Numbered from the stretch's first letter, positions 37,155 to 50,987 are shown. The stretch: 64,000 nt of DNA from Takakia lepidozioides (GCA_030704615.1 CM060731.1:36394001-36458000); one strand, 5' to 3'. A program made the numbers and translations. Notes: generated by a model not told the origin, from the sequence alone.

Positions 37155-40100
37155 TGAAATGAATGAAATGAATGAAATGAAATGGTGCTTTATAACGTCC
37201 GCGGAAAGCTCGTAGAGCTTATGGGACAAAATGGAAGAAAACATGAGAGAGGAACAAATCCAGAAACCACAATTAATGTTCTAGCGATTGTCTAAGGGTG
37301 AAGGCCTCGTGTAGGTAGGCTGCCACGCATTTTTGATCCTCATAGTGAAAGACATCAGTGAGAGTTTGGGTTCCACTGAATAAACAGTGAAATCTCCCAC
37401 GGATCTCGTAGTATAGAGGGCAGTAGAAGAAGAAGTGTTCTTCAGTTTCAATTTCCTTGCTGCGCCCTATTCAAGCTGGACATAGGCGGTCCTCCCGTTG
37501 CAGGTTTTCCCATCTGCCAGTCTCTATCCGTAGGTTGTGGTAACCCACCCTGAACCGCCCCAATGCACTCAAGAGGGAAGGAGATAAGGGTGCTGAAAGG
37601 TAATTTGGTCTCAAGATTCTATCATCGCGGAGCACCAAGAATGTCTCTCGATAGAAGTGGAGCTTTGTCGTGAGATTGGGTAGCATCCAAGTTCTCTTGA
37701 CATGTAATTCCATAAGCTCTCTCCGAATGAGTATGTTGCGGTCATGTCTGGATGTGATGTCCACCTCATCTGGGTTCATTGGTAATAGGAAAGCAGTAGA
37801 AAGTCCGTTACGTTGAAATAAACTGTCCACTCGAGCATACCAGGAGTTCCTGAAACCTGCAGCTTTGAGCCTCATAGATGTTGTGAGGGCCCTTGCCACT
37901 AGCCCTTTGGGTGGAAGGGCCTGCAATATATGGAGAAAGATTGTAAGCCTGAAGAGGGCCTCGGATTGCAATGGTACACATGCGAACTCTGTACCTAGGA
38001 TCTGAGATGGAGTTGTGCTCCTGGCGCCAAGCATTGCTTGGAGAAAAGATGACTGTAATGGTTCCAAATTCTTTTCCCACCAGGAGACAGGGACACCAGG
38101 TGCCCAGAACTCACAACCATAGATGGTAGCAGGGCTGACGACGGTGTCAAATAGCCACTTTTTTGGTCGGGGGATGCCGCAAATGTATTTGCTTGCATTT
38201 GGCCTGAAGGCGGATGGAGGCCGCCTTACCTTTAGTCAACCTGTCCAAGGCAGTGGCTGCAAAGTGAAACTTGGGGGAGTGGATAACCAGACCTAGGTAC
38301 CGGTATGATTTCACAATCTCAATTTCATGCTGGTTGAAGATGAATCTACGATCAGCCTGGCCATTGAAGACCATGATCTTGGTCTTGCTAAGATTGACCT
38401 GCATCCCATAGTCTTTGCAGAACTGTTCCAAAATTTTGAGATGGCGTTGCAGAAAGGCCGGGGATTGTGCCAAAAGGGCAACATCATCAGCATAGAGGAC
38501 ATCTGATTGGGTTGGTCCCCCATCCAATGGGACCCCAACCCCATGGTTTTTTGATATGTAATTCTCCAAGGCGTCAATGTAGATCCCGAACAGGGTAGGT
38601 GAAAGGGGGCAACCCTGTTTGACTCCAATGTTGCTGTGGATCTCGGCTGAGAATTCACCAGCGACGTTGACCATGCCAGTGACAATCTCATACATAGAAG
38701 AGATGGCACAAAGGATGTCTAGAGGGACTTCCACTCTATGGAGCCGTTGGAAGAGAAGGTCCCGAGGAACTGAATCAAAGGCTTTGTGAAAGTCCACGAA
38801 GCAAACATAGACCATTCTTTTGTCATAGCGTGCACTTTCCACCATAACTTGAAGAGTGAAGATGTGGTCAATAGTGGATCGGTTTCGATGGAAACCAGCC
38901 TGTCCCTCAACACGAATGCCAGAGTACTCAGCCCAATCATCCAGTTCCATGGCCACTACTGCCCCAAACAGTTTAGCAAGTAATGAGGACACCATGATAG
39001 TACGATAGTTTGTCGGTGCGAGCCTGTCACCGCTCTTAAAAAGTGGGTGGATGATGCTCTTTGTCCACTATGTTGGAAAGCCCCATTGCACCACCTCATT
39101 GAAGAGGTTAGCCATAAAAGGGGCTAAAGTAGGTGCAGCATGCTTGATGAAGTCACTCTGAAGTCCTGAAATGTCCACCGCTCTGCCATTTTGCAGCTTC
39201 TTGATTGCCTTACTGATATTGGCTGTAGTAAAGAGAGAGAAGTGAAGGGGTTTAGAGGTTATAGGAGAAGGAGTTTGGGTTGGGGAATGGTACAAAGACT
39301 GTGCATACTCATGCTAGACATGAATGTCAGTGATTGGGGGGGGATCTCTATGAGGTTTAAGGAGGGACCAAAAAGATCGAGGAGAAAATCTGATTTTAGC
39401 AAGGAAAGAAGATTGCAACTTGATAGTGTAGGCTTGCTTTTTGGATCTAATGAAGGACTTATAGTGCTTAAGAGCAAGATTAGTGGACTCTGGAGAAGAA
39501 TTGGTATCAAGTAGTAAAAATTTGATGCGACGTCTAGCAGTCTTGCATTCCTCATCATAAAATGGTGCGTAACGACGAGTGGAGAAGGGTGAGGAGGTAG
39601 ATGGAAGGGTGACGGGAAAGGATCGCAGGGCTGAGTCCCAAAGGGCTTGAGTAAGATGTGTAGCCTTGTCGTTAGGAGATGATAGATGTAGAATGGAAGG
39701 GAGGGTTGACGCTAGGTATGTTTCATACTCGGCGTCGTGTAAGTGAGAGAAAGGGGTATTAAAGTGGATACGTGGGTGTAAGGGAAGAGACGCAGAGGGG
39801 ATCCTCACGGGGAGGGAGATGGAAGGAAATGCAAAGGAAAGGCAAGAGTGATCAGAATCCGGGTACCTCGTGATGTAAAATGAGCTTATTCTATCAGGCT
39901 TGTTGGGGCTCCCCAAGAGATAGTCAACCACGCTTTGGCCTTTGTACGTGTGGCAAGTGAACTGGCTGGAGGATTTGAAGTTGGTTGTTCCATTGTAAAT
40001 GGACAGCCCCTGAGTTTCACAAAACTTGAGTAGATGGTGACCGTAACTTGTGATTTCGCAAGAGGAATCTGCACTTTGCCTCTCCAATTCCGTATGCGAG

Positions 40101-41926
40101 CGTTGGATGTGTAGAGGATCTGTGTGGTCGAAGGTGGGGGCTTGTAGTGATCTTGTACGGGCGTTGAAATCTCCAACCAAGAAAATGCCTGTTTGTGGGG
40201 TATGGAGACGAGCCATATCGTCTTCCAATGGAACATATGGTGAATCTGTTTGAGTATGTAGGCCGCTGTGCGGAGATGCGGCCGGAGCAAAATAACATCC
40301 CGCCAGTAGGATGTTGTAGCCTTTGATGTGACACCAAATGTACCTTGCCAGTGGGTCTTTGTATGGGAAGGAGATAAGTGGGAGAAACTAGTCAGCAAAG
40401 TAACAAGCCACACCTCCAAATTTTTTGAGACCTGTACGTGGACGAATCACTGACTGAAAGCTACACCCGAGAATAAAAGGGGGGTCCTTTCCTTCATACG
40501 CATGAGTTTCTAAAAGAAAAAGAACATCGCACTTGGAAAGAATATCTAGAAGCCCTTGAGGGTGGCTCCACAACGAGCCATTACAATTCCATGAGCCAAT
40601 GTGTAGATGTGAGCGTGCGTTGGTCTCATGGTGCCCCAACCCCTATTTAGAGCTAGAGGGGCGACGTTCGTGCTCCCGGACAATTACCCTCCCATCTCGG
40701 TACACGGCATAGTGCCCTTGAGCTCGAGCTTGCTTAACCTGCAAGAGTTGCGCCCGCATGGCGTTGTATTGCAAAGGGGTCAAGTCATCGTTGAGGTACA
40801 TACCCTGACCTCTCAATTGAGGCCTCTGCCTGAGGACTCTATCCCGAGCACCCTTGTCCTTGAATCTAATGAAGAGGACTTTGTGCTCTGAAGATCCTGC
40901 ACGCCAAGCCCTTTCAATGCCACTCGCGCCCCGTGGGAGAGCAAGGTTTTGCTGAATAAGGCTGGTGGCAGCGTCAAGAGGGTCCCCCTCAGCAAGGCCC
41001 CCTAGCTTCCCAGTGACCCTGATGTTAAGGGCTTTGAAAGCCCGTTGTTGTTCCTCTCGCAAGGTAGCCGAGACTCTCCTCCAGAGAGTGAGGACTGTTG
41101 TTGGATGTGCTCCCCTTAACTATATTAGCCCAGGAGGAGGCCTCTGCCTTGTGAGCTTGGAGCTCCCGAGCCATTGTAGACGTCGCAGTTCTGTGTGTTT
41201 CTAGCTCTTTGCTAAGGGATTCCACCTGCAGGTGGATGCTTGCTGTGAGGGGATCTGGGAGGCTCTTCTCTGTGAAGGTCTTCACTTCGCCTTCAAGTTT
41301 TGAAAGACGCGTATGTGTGGATTTGTCATTGAGATGTTTCGCCAGACCTTGAAGTTTGCTAGTGCACTCCTGAAGAGAGGCCCGCAAAACGCTATCGTGA
41401 ACTCGCATATTGTTCTCCAAGTCTGTGTATCTGTCTGTCATGCGCTTCTGCCAATCTTTGTCCAAGGAAATCATGCGTTTCTGCCAATCTTTGTCCAAGG
41501 AATCCATGCGTTTTTCCCAATTTTTGTTAAGGGAAGCCATCCGCGTCTCCCAGTCTTTGTCTAGGGAAGCCAACCGCTCCTCCGAGTCATTGTCACGGGC
41601 ATCGAGCACTTGCTGCAGAGTCTCCTCCGAGATGCATTTCGTTTGTAAGATGGAGATTTGGTCCCGAAGCGTTTGAACATCAGCACTCCTTGTGGAGTCA
41701 AAGGAGAGGCTTGATGAGAGACAGGGGCAGGAAGAAGAAATAGAGGGGAATCAGGTCGACGTGAGGGAGACAGGTAGTCTACCTCGTCGGTAGCCGTCCT
41801 TTGGCGTTTGGACGTCATGGTGTGGTGGAGATGGCGCTAGCGTGCCAACGCCCGTGAGCGCAGCGCCGACGTGCTGCCGCGCCGACGTGCTGCCGCGCGC
41901 GCACAAGAGAGAAACGAGAGAGAGAG
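37155..41926 (-). mobile_element. Full-length (~4.8 kb) LINE (RTE/RTEX-like), decayed: ORF1 (coiled-coil + RRM-like) and ORF2 (EN-RT-CCHC)
   Basis: ORF1 ATG at 41818. ORF2 EN and RT motifs (GDFNAR, NYRTIMV, GVKQGCPLSP, YADD) broken by stops and frameshifts. (GAAAT/GAAT)n tail at 37155-37185. Putative 9-bp TSD AGGAAGAAA at 37146-37154 and 41927-41935. Confidence 0.95.
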
Positions 41927-42130
41927 AGGAAGAAAGAAAGAAAAAAAGAAAGGTTTCTCCTGAAGCCACCAAATAATGACAAGGACACAAAGAGACATAC
42001 AAATGTTAACACCTTGTTCTTGCCTCTACCTTAAAACATGCAGATCGTTGTGAGGAAGAAAGAAAGAAGAAGGACGAGAGCCTGGAGGGATCCAAAGGCT
42101 GGACTCTCCTTTATACTCTTCACGTAACCA

Positions 42131-42250
42131 TCTGGCCAGTCTCAATGAAAGGCCATCGGCGCACAATGAAGCCCCTGTACTCCGGGAGGGGCTGGAAGGA
42201 CTAGCACCCCGCTGAAAACTGAAGGAAGCAAGAGAAAGGAAGAAAGAAGA
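42131..42250. repeat. ~120-bp block duplicated at 37040-37154, on either side of the LINE
   Basis: CTGGCCAGTCT.AATGAA...CCTGTACTCCGG.AGGGGCTGGAAGGACTAGCA.CCCGCTGAAAACTGAAGGAAGCAAGAG.AAGGAAGAAA at both positions. Confidence 0.85.
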
Positions 42251-43434
42251 GACTGGAGGTATCCAGAGGCTGGCTCCTCCTTTATACTCTTCACGACGAC
42301 GTCACGCAAGATCAGGAGAAGCTCTGGAAATACAACGTGGCAATCATTCATTAGCTCAGTTTTCTGAGCTGAAATGTACCTGAGCTTTTGGATCCCTGAT
42401 GGGGTAGCACGGCCGTTACATTATATATTATTTTATGACATGTTTTCAAATTTAGAAAAAACCTTCGATGCCTCCAGTTGGCATCCAATGATCTAGATAG
42501 GCATTTTACAGTGAGAGTTGATATTTTTAGGGTTTGGTTATGTCTGTTGATCTTTTCTTTCAAGTTTTTGGCCTTGCTATTTGGTTGTTGGGTGTTGGGG
42601 TTGAGGTCTTTTTCACAATTAAATTGGGCCCCACTTCGGGGAAACGAGCCACTAATTCAGATCTGAAAAGTTACAAGGACGTCATGATGGAAACAGCTTG
42701 CCGGAGGTCTGCTCTTGCTCTGACAGAACAGTTCTTTCTCTCTCTGATCTAGGTCAAACCAGGGTCCATGGGCTCCTCTAGAACTTTCCATTCTGAATGT
42801 GCTTGGTGCTCTGTGCCTGGAAGCATTGGCAAAGAGAAGAAAATATGGTTGTTAAACATGCCAGTGGGTTGGTAGTTGATTGAGAGCTGTTGAGTTTTGG
42901 AGGATAGTTTATCTATAATATGTCAAACTAAGTAGGGACTGCTCAGACCTTGCTTTTATATCGTTGCAATCAGTTGTAGTTGGTTTTGCAGTAGGAGGCC
43001 AGAAAACCCATGAAAACCCTTTCGTATCTCTTATTGCCCAGCTCTTAACTTGTACATGTGGTTAAGGTTAACAATATATAGGAAGGAACTTGGAACAATG
43101 CAGCTCCCACTAGATTTTCTCGTTGAGAGGACTGTGGCCCAGATGGAGATGGAGATCTAAGATGCAGAGAAAATCTGAAAAGCATCGTGCCAATCCATCC
43201 ACATTCTGCGGACAGCCAAGGAAGGAAGAACCCAGCGGAGCATCGCCACTTGCTCTGAAAAGTAAATGCGTGCAGATCTACGATCAGGCGTGGTTAATGG
43301 TTGATGTGATGCTCTCAGCTAGGCACGCGTAAGAACGTCCCTGGAAGCGCACTCTGCGGATGCCAAGCATGTCTAGCCACGTATGTACTTCTTTAATTAT
43401 TTATATTTTTCCTCCTCCTTCGGCCTCTCATTGT

Positions 43435-43965
43435 GGGAGCTGATAAGACTTGCTCCTTGACTGCACCTCCATGTGAACATCTCCAGCGCAGTAATCGGAG
43501 GGCCAAGCATATAGGCACGTATATACTTGGGCGGCTGATTAGACTTGCTCCTTGAGACCTCCATCTTATCTCCAGCGCAATAATTGGAGGCCAAGCATGT
43601 AGGCACGTATATGTGGCGGATTAGAACATCTCCAGCGCAGTAATTGGAGGCCAAGAATGTGTGCGCATATATATTTGTGGCTGATAAGACTTGCTCCTTG
43701 AGACTTCCATTTGAACATCTCCAGCTCAGTATATTTTGTGTAGGCCTCACGCGTGTTTTTTGACTGGGTAGACCTGCTCCTTGAGACCTCCAGCTAAAGG
43801 TCCCAAGGCCATTATAACCGCATTGCAGGTGCTCAGCATATGTTGGAATGATTCGATTTGCAGCTTGCCAGGCTCACTACTGTAACGTTCATGTCAGATG
43901 CTAAACACGCAGTAGGTAAGTATACATATTGACGTGGCTGATTAGACTTGCTCCCTGAGACTTGC
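43435..43965. repeat. Degenerate tandem repeat (~60-120 bp units)
   Basis: Recurring GCTGAT.AGACTTGCTCCTTGAGAC and CATCTCCAGCGCAGTAATTGGAGGCCAAG motifs. Confidence 0.75.
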
Positions 43966-45342
43966 CTCACTGGCAAATAAGAAGCTGCGTACCACTTTGG
44001 GTATGTCATGAAGTAGTACATATGCTATGAAGCTATACAGTGTATTTCTATTCAGGACTTGAGTATGCCTGAAACAATGACAAGCACACATACACGGAGT
44101 CGCTGTGTTAAGCACTTCAAGCTAGTTGTGACTAAGTTGATTGTAACTAGGAATAACAAACTGAAAGTCTACTTAATGGAATGTATTATATATAGTTCAA
44201 GGTGTTCATTTGTGACCAAAATGGAAAAATCAATTACGTTACAGAATCCCTATATCTACTGCTGAAGGTATTGTGAAGGAATCTAAGCATTTTTCATCGT
44301 GTAGACTTTTTGGTACCTGGATCTATTATGAATGTGTATATGATTATTTATAGAGTATTTATATATAGTAGATATATGCCATTGACTTGTATTTTCTGGT
44401 TTGGTCTGGGGTGTGTTTGAAAGGGACTCTATCGTTTGTCCGTGAAGAAAGGACTCTAATCATTTTGCATTGAGTTGCATCTTCCAGTTTAGTTTGGAAA
44501 GGACTTCATTCCTATCCAGCCTTTGTTTTGCGGCAAGATCTTCAGGACTTTGAAAGATCAGCTAGTCTCTATTAATTAAAGCTCAATAAATATACAGTAA
44601 ATATACCTGTTTGTAATGATGGACGTCCTTAATCTCAGACCATGTGATGGCTGGGAAGCACTCTACACAGTGCATGGACACTGAAACATGGCCCACAATA
44701 TGTCATTGAAGAAATCTTAAAATGTATATTTTTCATCGCTGTACATAAATTTGCCCCACTATATTGAGCCAATATGTTTGGAAAGAAATCAATTCATAAG
44801 TTTGAAGGAAATGTATGAGCACATATCTCCTTAGCATTTGTCAGCCCATGTAAATGCAAGATAGTGATTTGAACAAATTTTGTTCAAGGTAGTTTTGTTT
44901 GATGTTTAGTGACCTGTGCAAGGGGAAGAGGCGGTAACTGCCCCGGTTGGCGTCATCCTCTCTCTTTGACGGTTCGTGGGGATTATCTTCAATAAATAAT
45001 ACATGCGCAGTCTACCTACTGGCTCGGTATTCTACTGTACGGCCATATGGAAGTATTTGTGACGTCTGTGGATACTCCCGCTCTCCTGTACTGACAGCTA
45101 GTCTTGCAGAGTGCACTCCTCATTTTACTTGTGTGAGGTGGAAGACGTCTCCTGGAAGTACTTGTGCATCTTCATCACTTCTGTCAGTATTTTGCTTTGA
45201 AGTTTCTTCACTTGTGTGACCTTCACAGTGATCTTTGGCGAGAGAGAGAGACCTTAACCTCTTTACTACAACTGTGTGTTTCGTGTTTGAGAAGACAATA
45301 GATTGTACAGACTTTCTTGACTGGTTTGTGCACAGAGAGAGA

Positions 45343-45381
45343 AATGGTGCTTTATAACGTCCGCGGAAAGCTCATAGAGCT
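45343..45381 (-). mobile_element. Ultra-short (39 bp) 5'-truncated LINE insertion with TSD
   Basis: AATGGTGCTTTATAACGTCCGCGGAAAGCTCATAGAGCT matches the LINE 3' end. Flanked by CACAGAGAGAGA at 45331-45342 and 45382-45393. Confidence 0.85.
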
Positions 45382-45732
45382 CACAGAGAGAGAGAGCTGG
45401 GTGAAAGTACATAACTTGTCTGTCTTTACTGCTGCATGTATCTCTCTTAAGTAAGCATAATTAACTTTGTTGACTAGAATGTTATACACACAGAGAGTAC
45501 TAGCTTACTTCTGATTAATCAGGACTAGCAAATAACTTTACTGACTGGAAGACAGTACTTCTAATCTGCAGGACTGCAACTCCCGCCCAAATGATCATCT
45601 CAAGGTCCACCAAATAGGCATCGTTCCAGCAGCGCCCATCTGCAGAGAGATCTAGAGGACAAGATCATGATATGCAGGTGTCCCTCAGGTGATACTGTCA
45701 TGTTTATCGCTGCAGGTGTTGCTTCAACCAGG

Positions 45733-46205
45733 TCACAGCTTGCAGGAGACAAGCTGGGTAAGATCCATGGATCCTGTGGAGGAACTGGATGAACTCAGAC
45801 TCAAAACCCTCATTTCACTCACAGGAAGTGTGAGCAGCGCGTCCACACCGCCCTTCAGGGGCCGCGCCGCCAGCAAAATGGATCCAAGCTGAGAAGCGCC
45901 GTCGGCCGGCCCCACCGGAAGTCGATCTTCCGGTAAAGGGAAAGCGATGTGGCTGATGATGAGGACGGTACCTTCTGTTGGTGGCGGCCAGCATATTCTT
46001 ATTCTTACGGGGCGACGAACGCTTCCGTCCACTCCAGCAGCTCGTTGGTAATTGTCGTCCCTGAACGTTTGACGGCGGCGTCGCCGGCCTTCAGTCGGAA
46101 GTAGACGGTGTGCCGGAGGCGGCCGAGCCTGCAGCACCATCTGCAGGTGCACGTCCTCCTTGTAGCGCTTGTACGCTCGGCCCTCTTGCTCTCACTCTCT
46201 GCCAT
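45733..46205 (-). pseudogene. GC-rich frameshifted coding remnant, weakly C2-domain-like
   Basis: VYFRLKAGDAAVKRSGTTITNELLEWTEAF and LGSILLAARPLKGG resemble C2 beta-strands. Split across frames with stops. Confidence 0.3.
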
Positions 46206-47199
46206 GCACAGACATCTGCAGTGAGCTACGGAACCTGCAACTCATCCAAGTATACGCAACGAAGATCTAGCTGGTAATATGACAAGTACCTCACTGCCAA
46301 CTGGTCAGCCGCTTGTGGGCTTAAATGAGAGTACTTATAAGTAACAACGTTTTTATCTCTCTTCACACCTGCTCTTGGTGAGTCGTCAGAAGATCGCAGT
46401 TCTAATTGGTTAAAATCCATGACCATCTGAATCCCATATTGATGCATGCTCAATTGGTGACTCAGTTGGTGACTCAATTCACAAAATCCACATTACAACC
46501 TGAGAAATCTGCAACTTGTTCAATGGATGTAGAGCTCTTGCGAAGCTCCCGCTGGTCACGACAGGGAAAGTAACACAATATTGACCTAGGTACAGTATCA
46601 GAAAGGCAGATCAACAGGCTTTGTTCGGTGAGTTGTAGTAGATCTATGAACACACATTTGAATTATCATGCTGGAGTTGTAATCTGTCTACTAGGGAGGA
46701 ACTGTTGTCTGTAGCTTTGAAAAGCACAAACTCACCATTTCCATGTCGCACTCTGCCTGCCATTGGAAAACAGGGCAGGTGCCAGCACTTCGCACAATTA
46801 CCTCTGGAGAAGAGTTGCAACAGAGGCTTGGTCTTTTGGTGCCTTTTCGTCCGCGCTAAACAGAAGGATGGTCAGCATATGAATGGGAGGCACCAGGAAG
46901 TCCAGTTTTGTGAGATTCGGCTGTCTCATTGTTGCTGTGACTGGACCCACACTTGCAACAACTTTCACTTTAATACCGTCCTTCATATCTGCAAACAGTT
47001 TGACATCCATTCCAACCCTGCAAACAACTCAGTCTCCTGTATCTGCAACTGCATCTAAGGATTCCCCTTGGATCTTGAGGTTTGACAATCACCGCTGCTT
47101 CAGAATTGGGTACATCCCCCACTACCACACCACATGCCTCAAGCTTTGTAACCTCGTTCATTTTCCTGAAACAATTGAGGAGCAGAGTTGGAAATGACA

Positions 47200-48720
47200 T
47201 GAACGCACAAGTTCCATGCAGATAGAACACATATACAGGTGATACTGTTCGGCTTCAAACCATCCATTTGATTCAGAACCTCCCTACAACAACCATGTTG
47301 GGCATGTCCTGCACTCATCGCACTCCATGATACCACATTTGGTTCAGCCATGCCATCAAATATTCTTTTGGCCTCCTCAATGGTCCCGCCGCCACTTCGC
47401 ACACATAACAACAAGGATATTGGTCAGAATGATATCTGATAGTATCTCAGCTTTCATGATGTCAGTATGGACCTCTTTGCCTTTTTCCAGGGCTCTCTGG
47501 CTGGCGCACACTTTGCAAATGCAACCGAATGTGACCTGGTAGGGCTTCCTATGTCTTGCTCATAAATCTCAATAGCCTCCATCCCACACCCATGCTGGGC
47601 ATATCCTGCAATCATCGCATTCCATGACACCATAACTCGTTCAGCCATATTGTTGAACACTCCCTTTGCATCCTTGATGCTCCCACATTTGGCATGCATG
47701 TCCACGAGGGTACGGCTCAGAATGATATTTGGTACAATTCCGGCTCTCAGGATCATATAATGTATCTGCTTGCGCTGTTCCAGGGCTGCCAGGCTTGTAC
47801 AGGCATTGCAAACAGACACGAAAGTGACCTGGTTGGGCTTCACTCCTTCCCCTATCATTTGCTCATAGGCCTCCAAAGCCTCCATCCCACACCATGCTGG
47901 GCATATCCAACAACCTTGCATTCCATGACACCACATCTCGTGTCGCCATACCGTCGACACCCCGTTGCGGCATTCATGCTCCCACATTTGGCATACATGT
48001 CCACAGGACGATATTTGGTACAATTCCAGCTTTCATGATGTAAATATGGATCTCCTTGCCCTTTTCCAGGGCTGCCAGGCTGGCACGCACATTGCAATGC
48101 AAACAAATGTGACCTGGTTGAGCTTCATTCCCTTTTGCATCGTCTGGCGCTCATGGTAGTCGCTAAAGCCTTCATCCCACACCCATGCTGGGCATATCCT
48201 GCAACAATTGCATTCCATGACACCACTCCCTTTGCGTCCTCATGCCCCCGCATTTGGCATACATGTCCATCAGGCTAGCGTCCACTATTCCAGCTTTTGT
48301 GATGTCAGCATGCACATCTTTGCACACGCCTTGAGAACACAAAGAAATGCAATGTGGTTGTGTATCACTCCATCCCACATCAGTTGCTCATAGGTCTTCC
48401 AGGCGTCTCTACATATCCCTGCTTGGCATATCCTTCCATCAGTTGTCAAACATTAGGTGTGCATCGACAATGCTCCCACACTTAGCATGCATGTGGATGA
48501 GAGTGTTCTGTACAAAAATGGCTGGCATGAATCCATTTTGGATGATGTGGGCATGCACCTGCTGTCCCTCTGCTAGGGCTTTGATCTTGGTGCACTCCTG
48601 CAAGGTTTTGGAGTCTGCAAAGGGCCTCCGTGGTTCAAAATTTGCAATGCCTCATTTCACTGTCCTGCCCTGCATAGTGTCCTCACATACCCACATCTTT
48701 CAAAAGAGTTTGTCATGGTG
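47200..48720 (-). pseudogene. PLS-class PPR pseudogene
   Basis: Repeated LVDM(Y/H)AKCGS..A..VF..M...VSWNAMIAGYAQHG..EA motifs and GVKPNQVTFVSV across several frames with frameshifts. May extend, more degenerate, to ~46800. Confidence 0.9.
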
Positions 48721-49474
48721 AGGATACCTGGATTACATGACTGTGCAGCCACAACTTTTGATTGCCCATTTACCCATAGGGGTTCCTTGTACCTATCAAT
48801 CCATATCCCCTCACTGGTACTCATGTGCTTGGAATCTGGTCCTTGAGGATGGACCTTTCTGTCCGCTGGTTACACTGCCCCGCAATCAGCTGAAACTGTT
48901 TGAAGCAAATCTCAACATTAATGGCACTCGCATTGCAAATCCCAAACATACCGGTAAGAAATTGATATCAATACAGGTATGTATACTGGTCTGAAGTACC
49001 AGACCTAGTCTGGTATCACCTCAGGCCACTACCTAGCATTTGGCCTGGTATTTGCTTCCTAATACTATGGAGGATACCCTACTTAGTCTGGTAGGTGGTT
49101 GAAAATCTGGTACCTGATACCAGTACCAGATCCATTTGGAACTTGAGGAATACTTCAAGGAATAAAATCAATGAGAAGCATGCTTGTACACATTTATACG
49201 AGAAGTGGGTCTTTCAATATTTAACATATCATGGGTTTTTTTTATGCTAGACCAGTATTGATAATATCCTGGTATTGTTTTCCAAAAAACTCTTGCTATT
49301 GATACCCATAAAACACCACACAAATCAGGTATTATTGATACCACCATGGTATCAAAATCTCAGATTTTTGCCAATACCAGTACCTCCCTGGTATCACTAT
49401 TGGCCAGAGACCTATATACCAATACAAGCTGGTGTGTTCAAAATACGATACCAGTCCAACACTGGTCTTAACCC

Positions 49475-49665
49475 CCCCAACTAACCTAACCTAACCCCAA
49501 TCTGACCTAACCCTCAACCCTAACCTGGCCTGACCCAACCCTAGCCTAACCTAACCCTCACCCTAACCTGACCTTAACCTAACCCTCAACCCCCGACCTG
49601 ACCTAACCCTAACCTAACCTAACTGAAACCCTAACCCGACCTTAACCTAATCCTCAACTAACCCC
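49475..49665 (+). repeat. Degenerate telomere-like (CCTAA/CCCTAA/CCTGA) array, copy 1
   Basis: ctaacctaacctaaccccaatctgacctaaccctcaaccctaacc... Confidence 0.85.
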
Positions 49666-49986
49666 ATAATCCATTTTCAAGTAGGGTTAATGAAACAATT
49701 GAAATCCCTAATTTCAATTTCGTGCTTGCGCTCCTAAACAGCGACCTCGGTGACGAGCTTTGCTTTCAGCTTTCAAGTTCCAGTACCTTTCAGTTCCTAT
49801 TAATGCACAAGAGAAAAGAAGAGGTGGGAGAGGAGGTGGAAGGAGAGAAGGAAACAACAACCACAAATACAAGGTGAGTTCATGATCTTTCTCTTTTTTA
49901 CATGTGTTAACTACCTACTTGTAGATACTTTCTACCTCTCTCTCTCACACATACACATTCTCTCTCCCTCTCTCTCCTCTCACACA

Positions 49987-50319
49987 CTCATTCATTTTAA
50001 TTCAACTTTAGATGGAATCTCTCTTTCTCTCTTTCTCTTTCTCTCACACATTTTTAGAGTAGGTCATTAATCTTAAGAAAGCAAGGGCTGGAATTCTTCT
50101 TCAAAGTCAAGTGGAGCCTTCTATCCGTATCTCCATTGCATTGGAACTTCTGTCCTAATCTCATTCATTTTAATTCAATTTTAGATTGAATCTCTCTTTC
50201 TCTCACACATTTTTAGAGTGGGTCATTAATCCTAGGAAAGCAAGGGCTGGAATTCTTCTTCAAAGTCAAGTGGAGCCTTCTATCCGTATCTCCATTGCAT
50301 TGGAACTTCTGTCTTAATC
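49987..50319. repeat. ~160-170 bp tandem duplication
   Basis: CTCATTCATTTTAATTCAA...GGAATTCTTCTTCAAAGTCAAGTGGAGCCTTCTATCCGTATCTCCATTGCATTGGAACTTCTGTC twice (49987 and 50160). Confidence 0.9.
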
Positions 50320-50987
50320 ACGGCATAAAGCTCCTTTGAGTGGATACAGATGGACAAACCATCTAGAGGATGACAGAGATGTACTGAGGGTAACAACTCA
50401 AGGCTTTAACATATGTAGTTGTGATATTTCACATTCTGTCATCTATAAGAGAGTGAAATGATGGCTACGATTCTTCCTTGTAAAATGTATTGTGGGGTCC
50501 TGACCCTCCCTTGGTTTTGATAAATATGAATACATAATGATCATATGTAAAATATAGTTTATGGGTTTGTGGCTAATCTAATTTCCATGTTATGTCTTCT
50601 TTTCAAAAGAAGACGTGCACTACGAACAAGACGTAGCCTCTGGATTTTACAAATGTTTATTATGCCAGAAAAAACCAAAAGTGGGGTATAGTAGGAAAGC
50701 AGGGCTCAGTAGGCATATGATATATGATGCGAGAGGATCATGGGTTGGTAATGGCAACTAGCAAATTTGAAAGGTCGCAGACCTAGTTGTCATTCCTGAC
50801 GTGACGTGGCGCTGACATGTCACGTGACGTCTGGATGTGCGTCCCGTCACGTCCAATCCGGACGTTTATCCATGTTTTCTTTATATTTAACTTTTACGAT
50901 CTACTTCTACCCTTTCTAATAACATGGCAGCCACAGTGTAAACCACACGTGGACAGCGTTTAATGTTTTTAAAATTATTTTAATAAT

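Noticed and set aside
49475-49665. True telomere or chromosome-fusion scar
   Set aside because: The array is short, highly degenerate and duplicated together with its flanks at 52464, so it behaves as part of a dispersed module.
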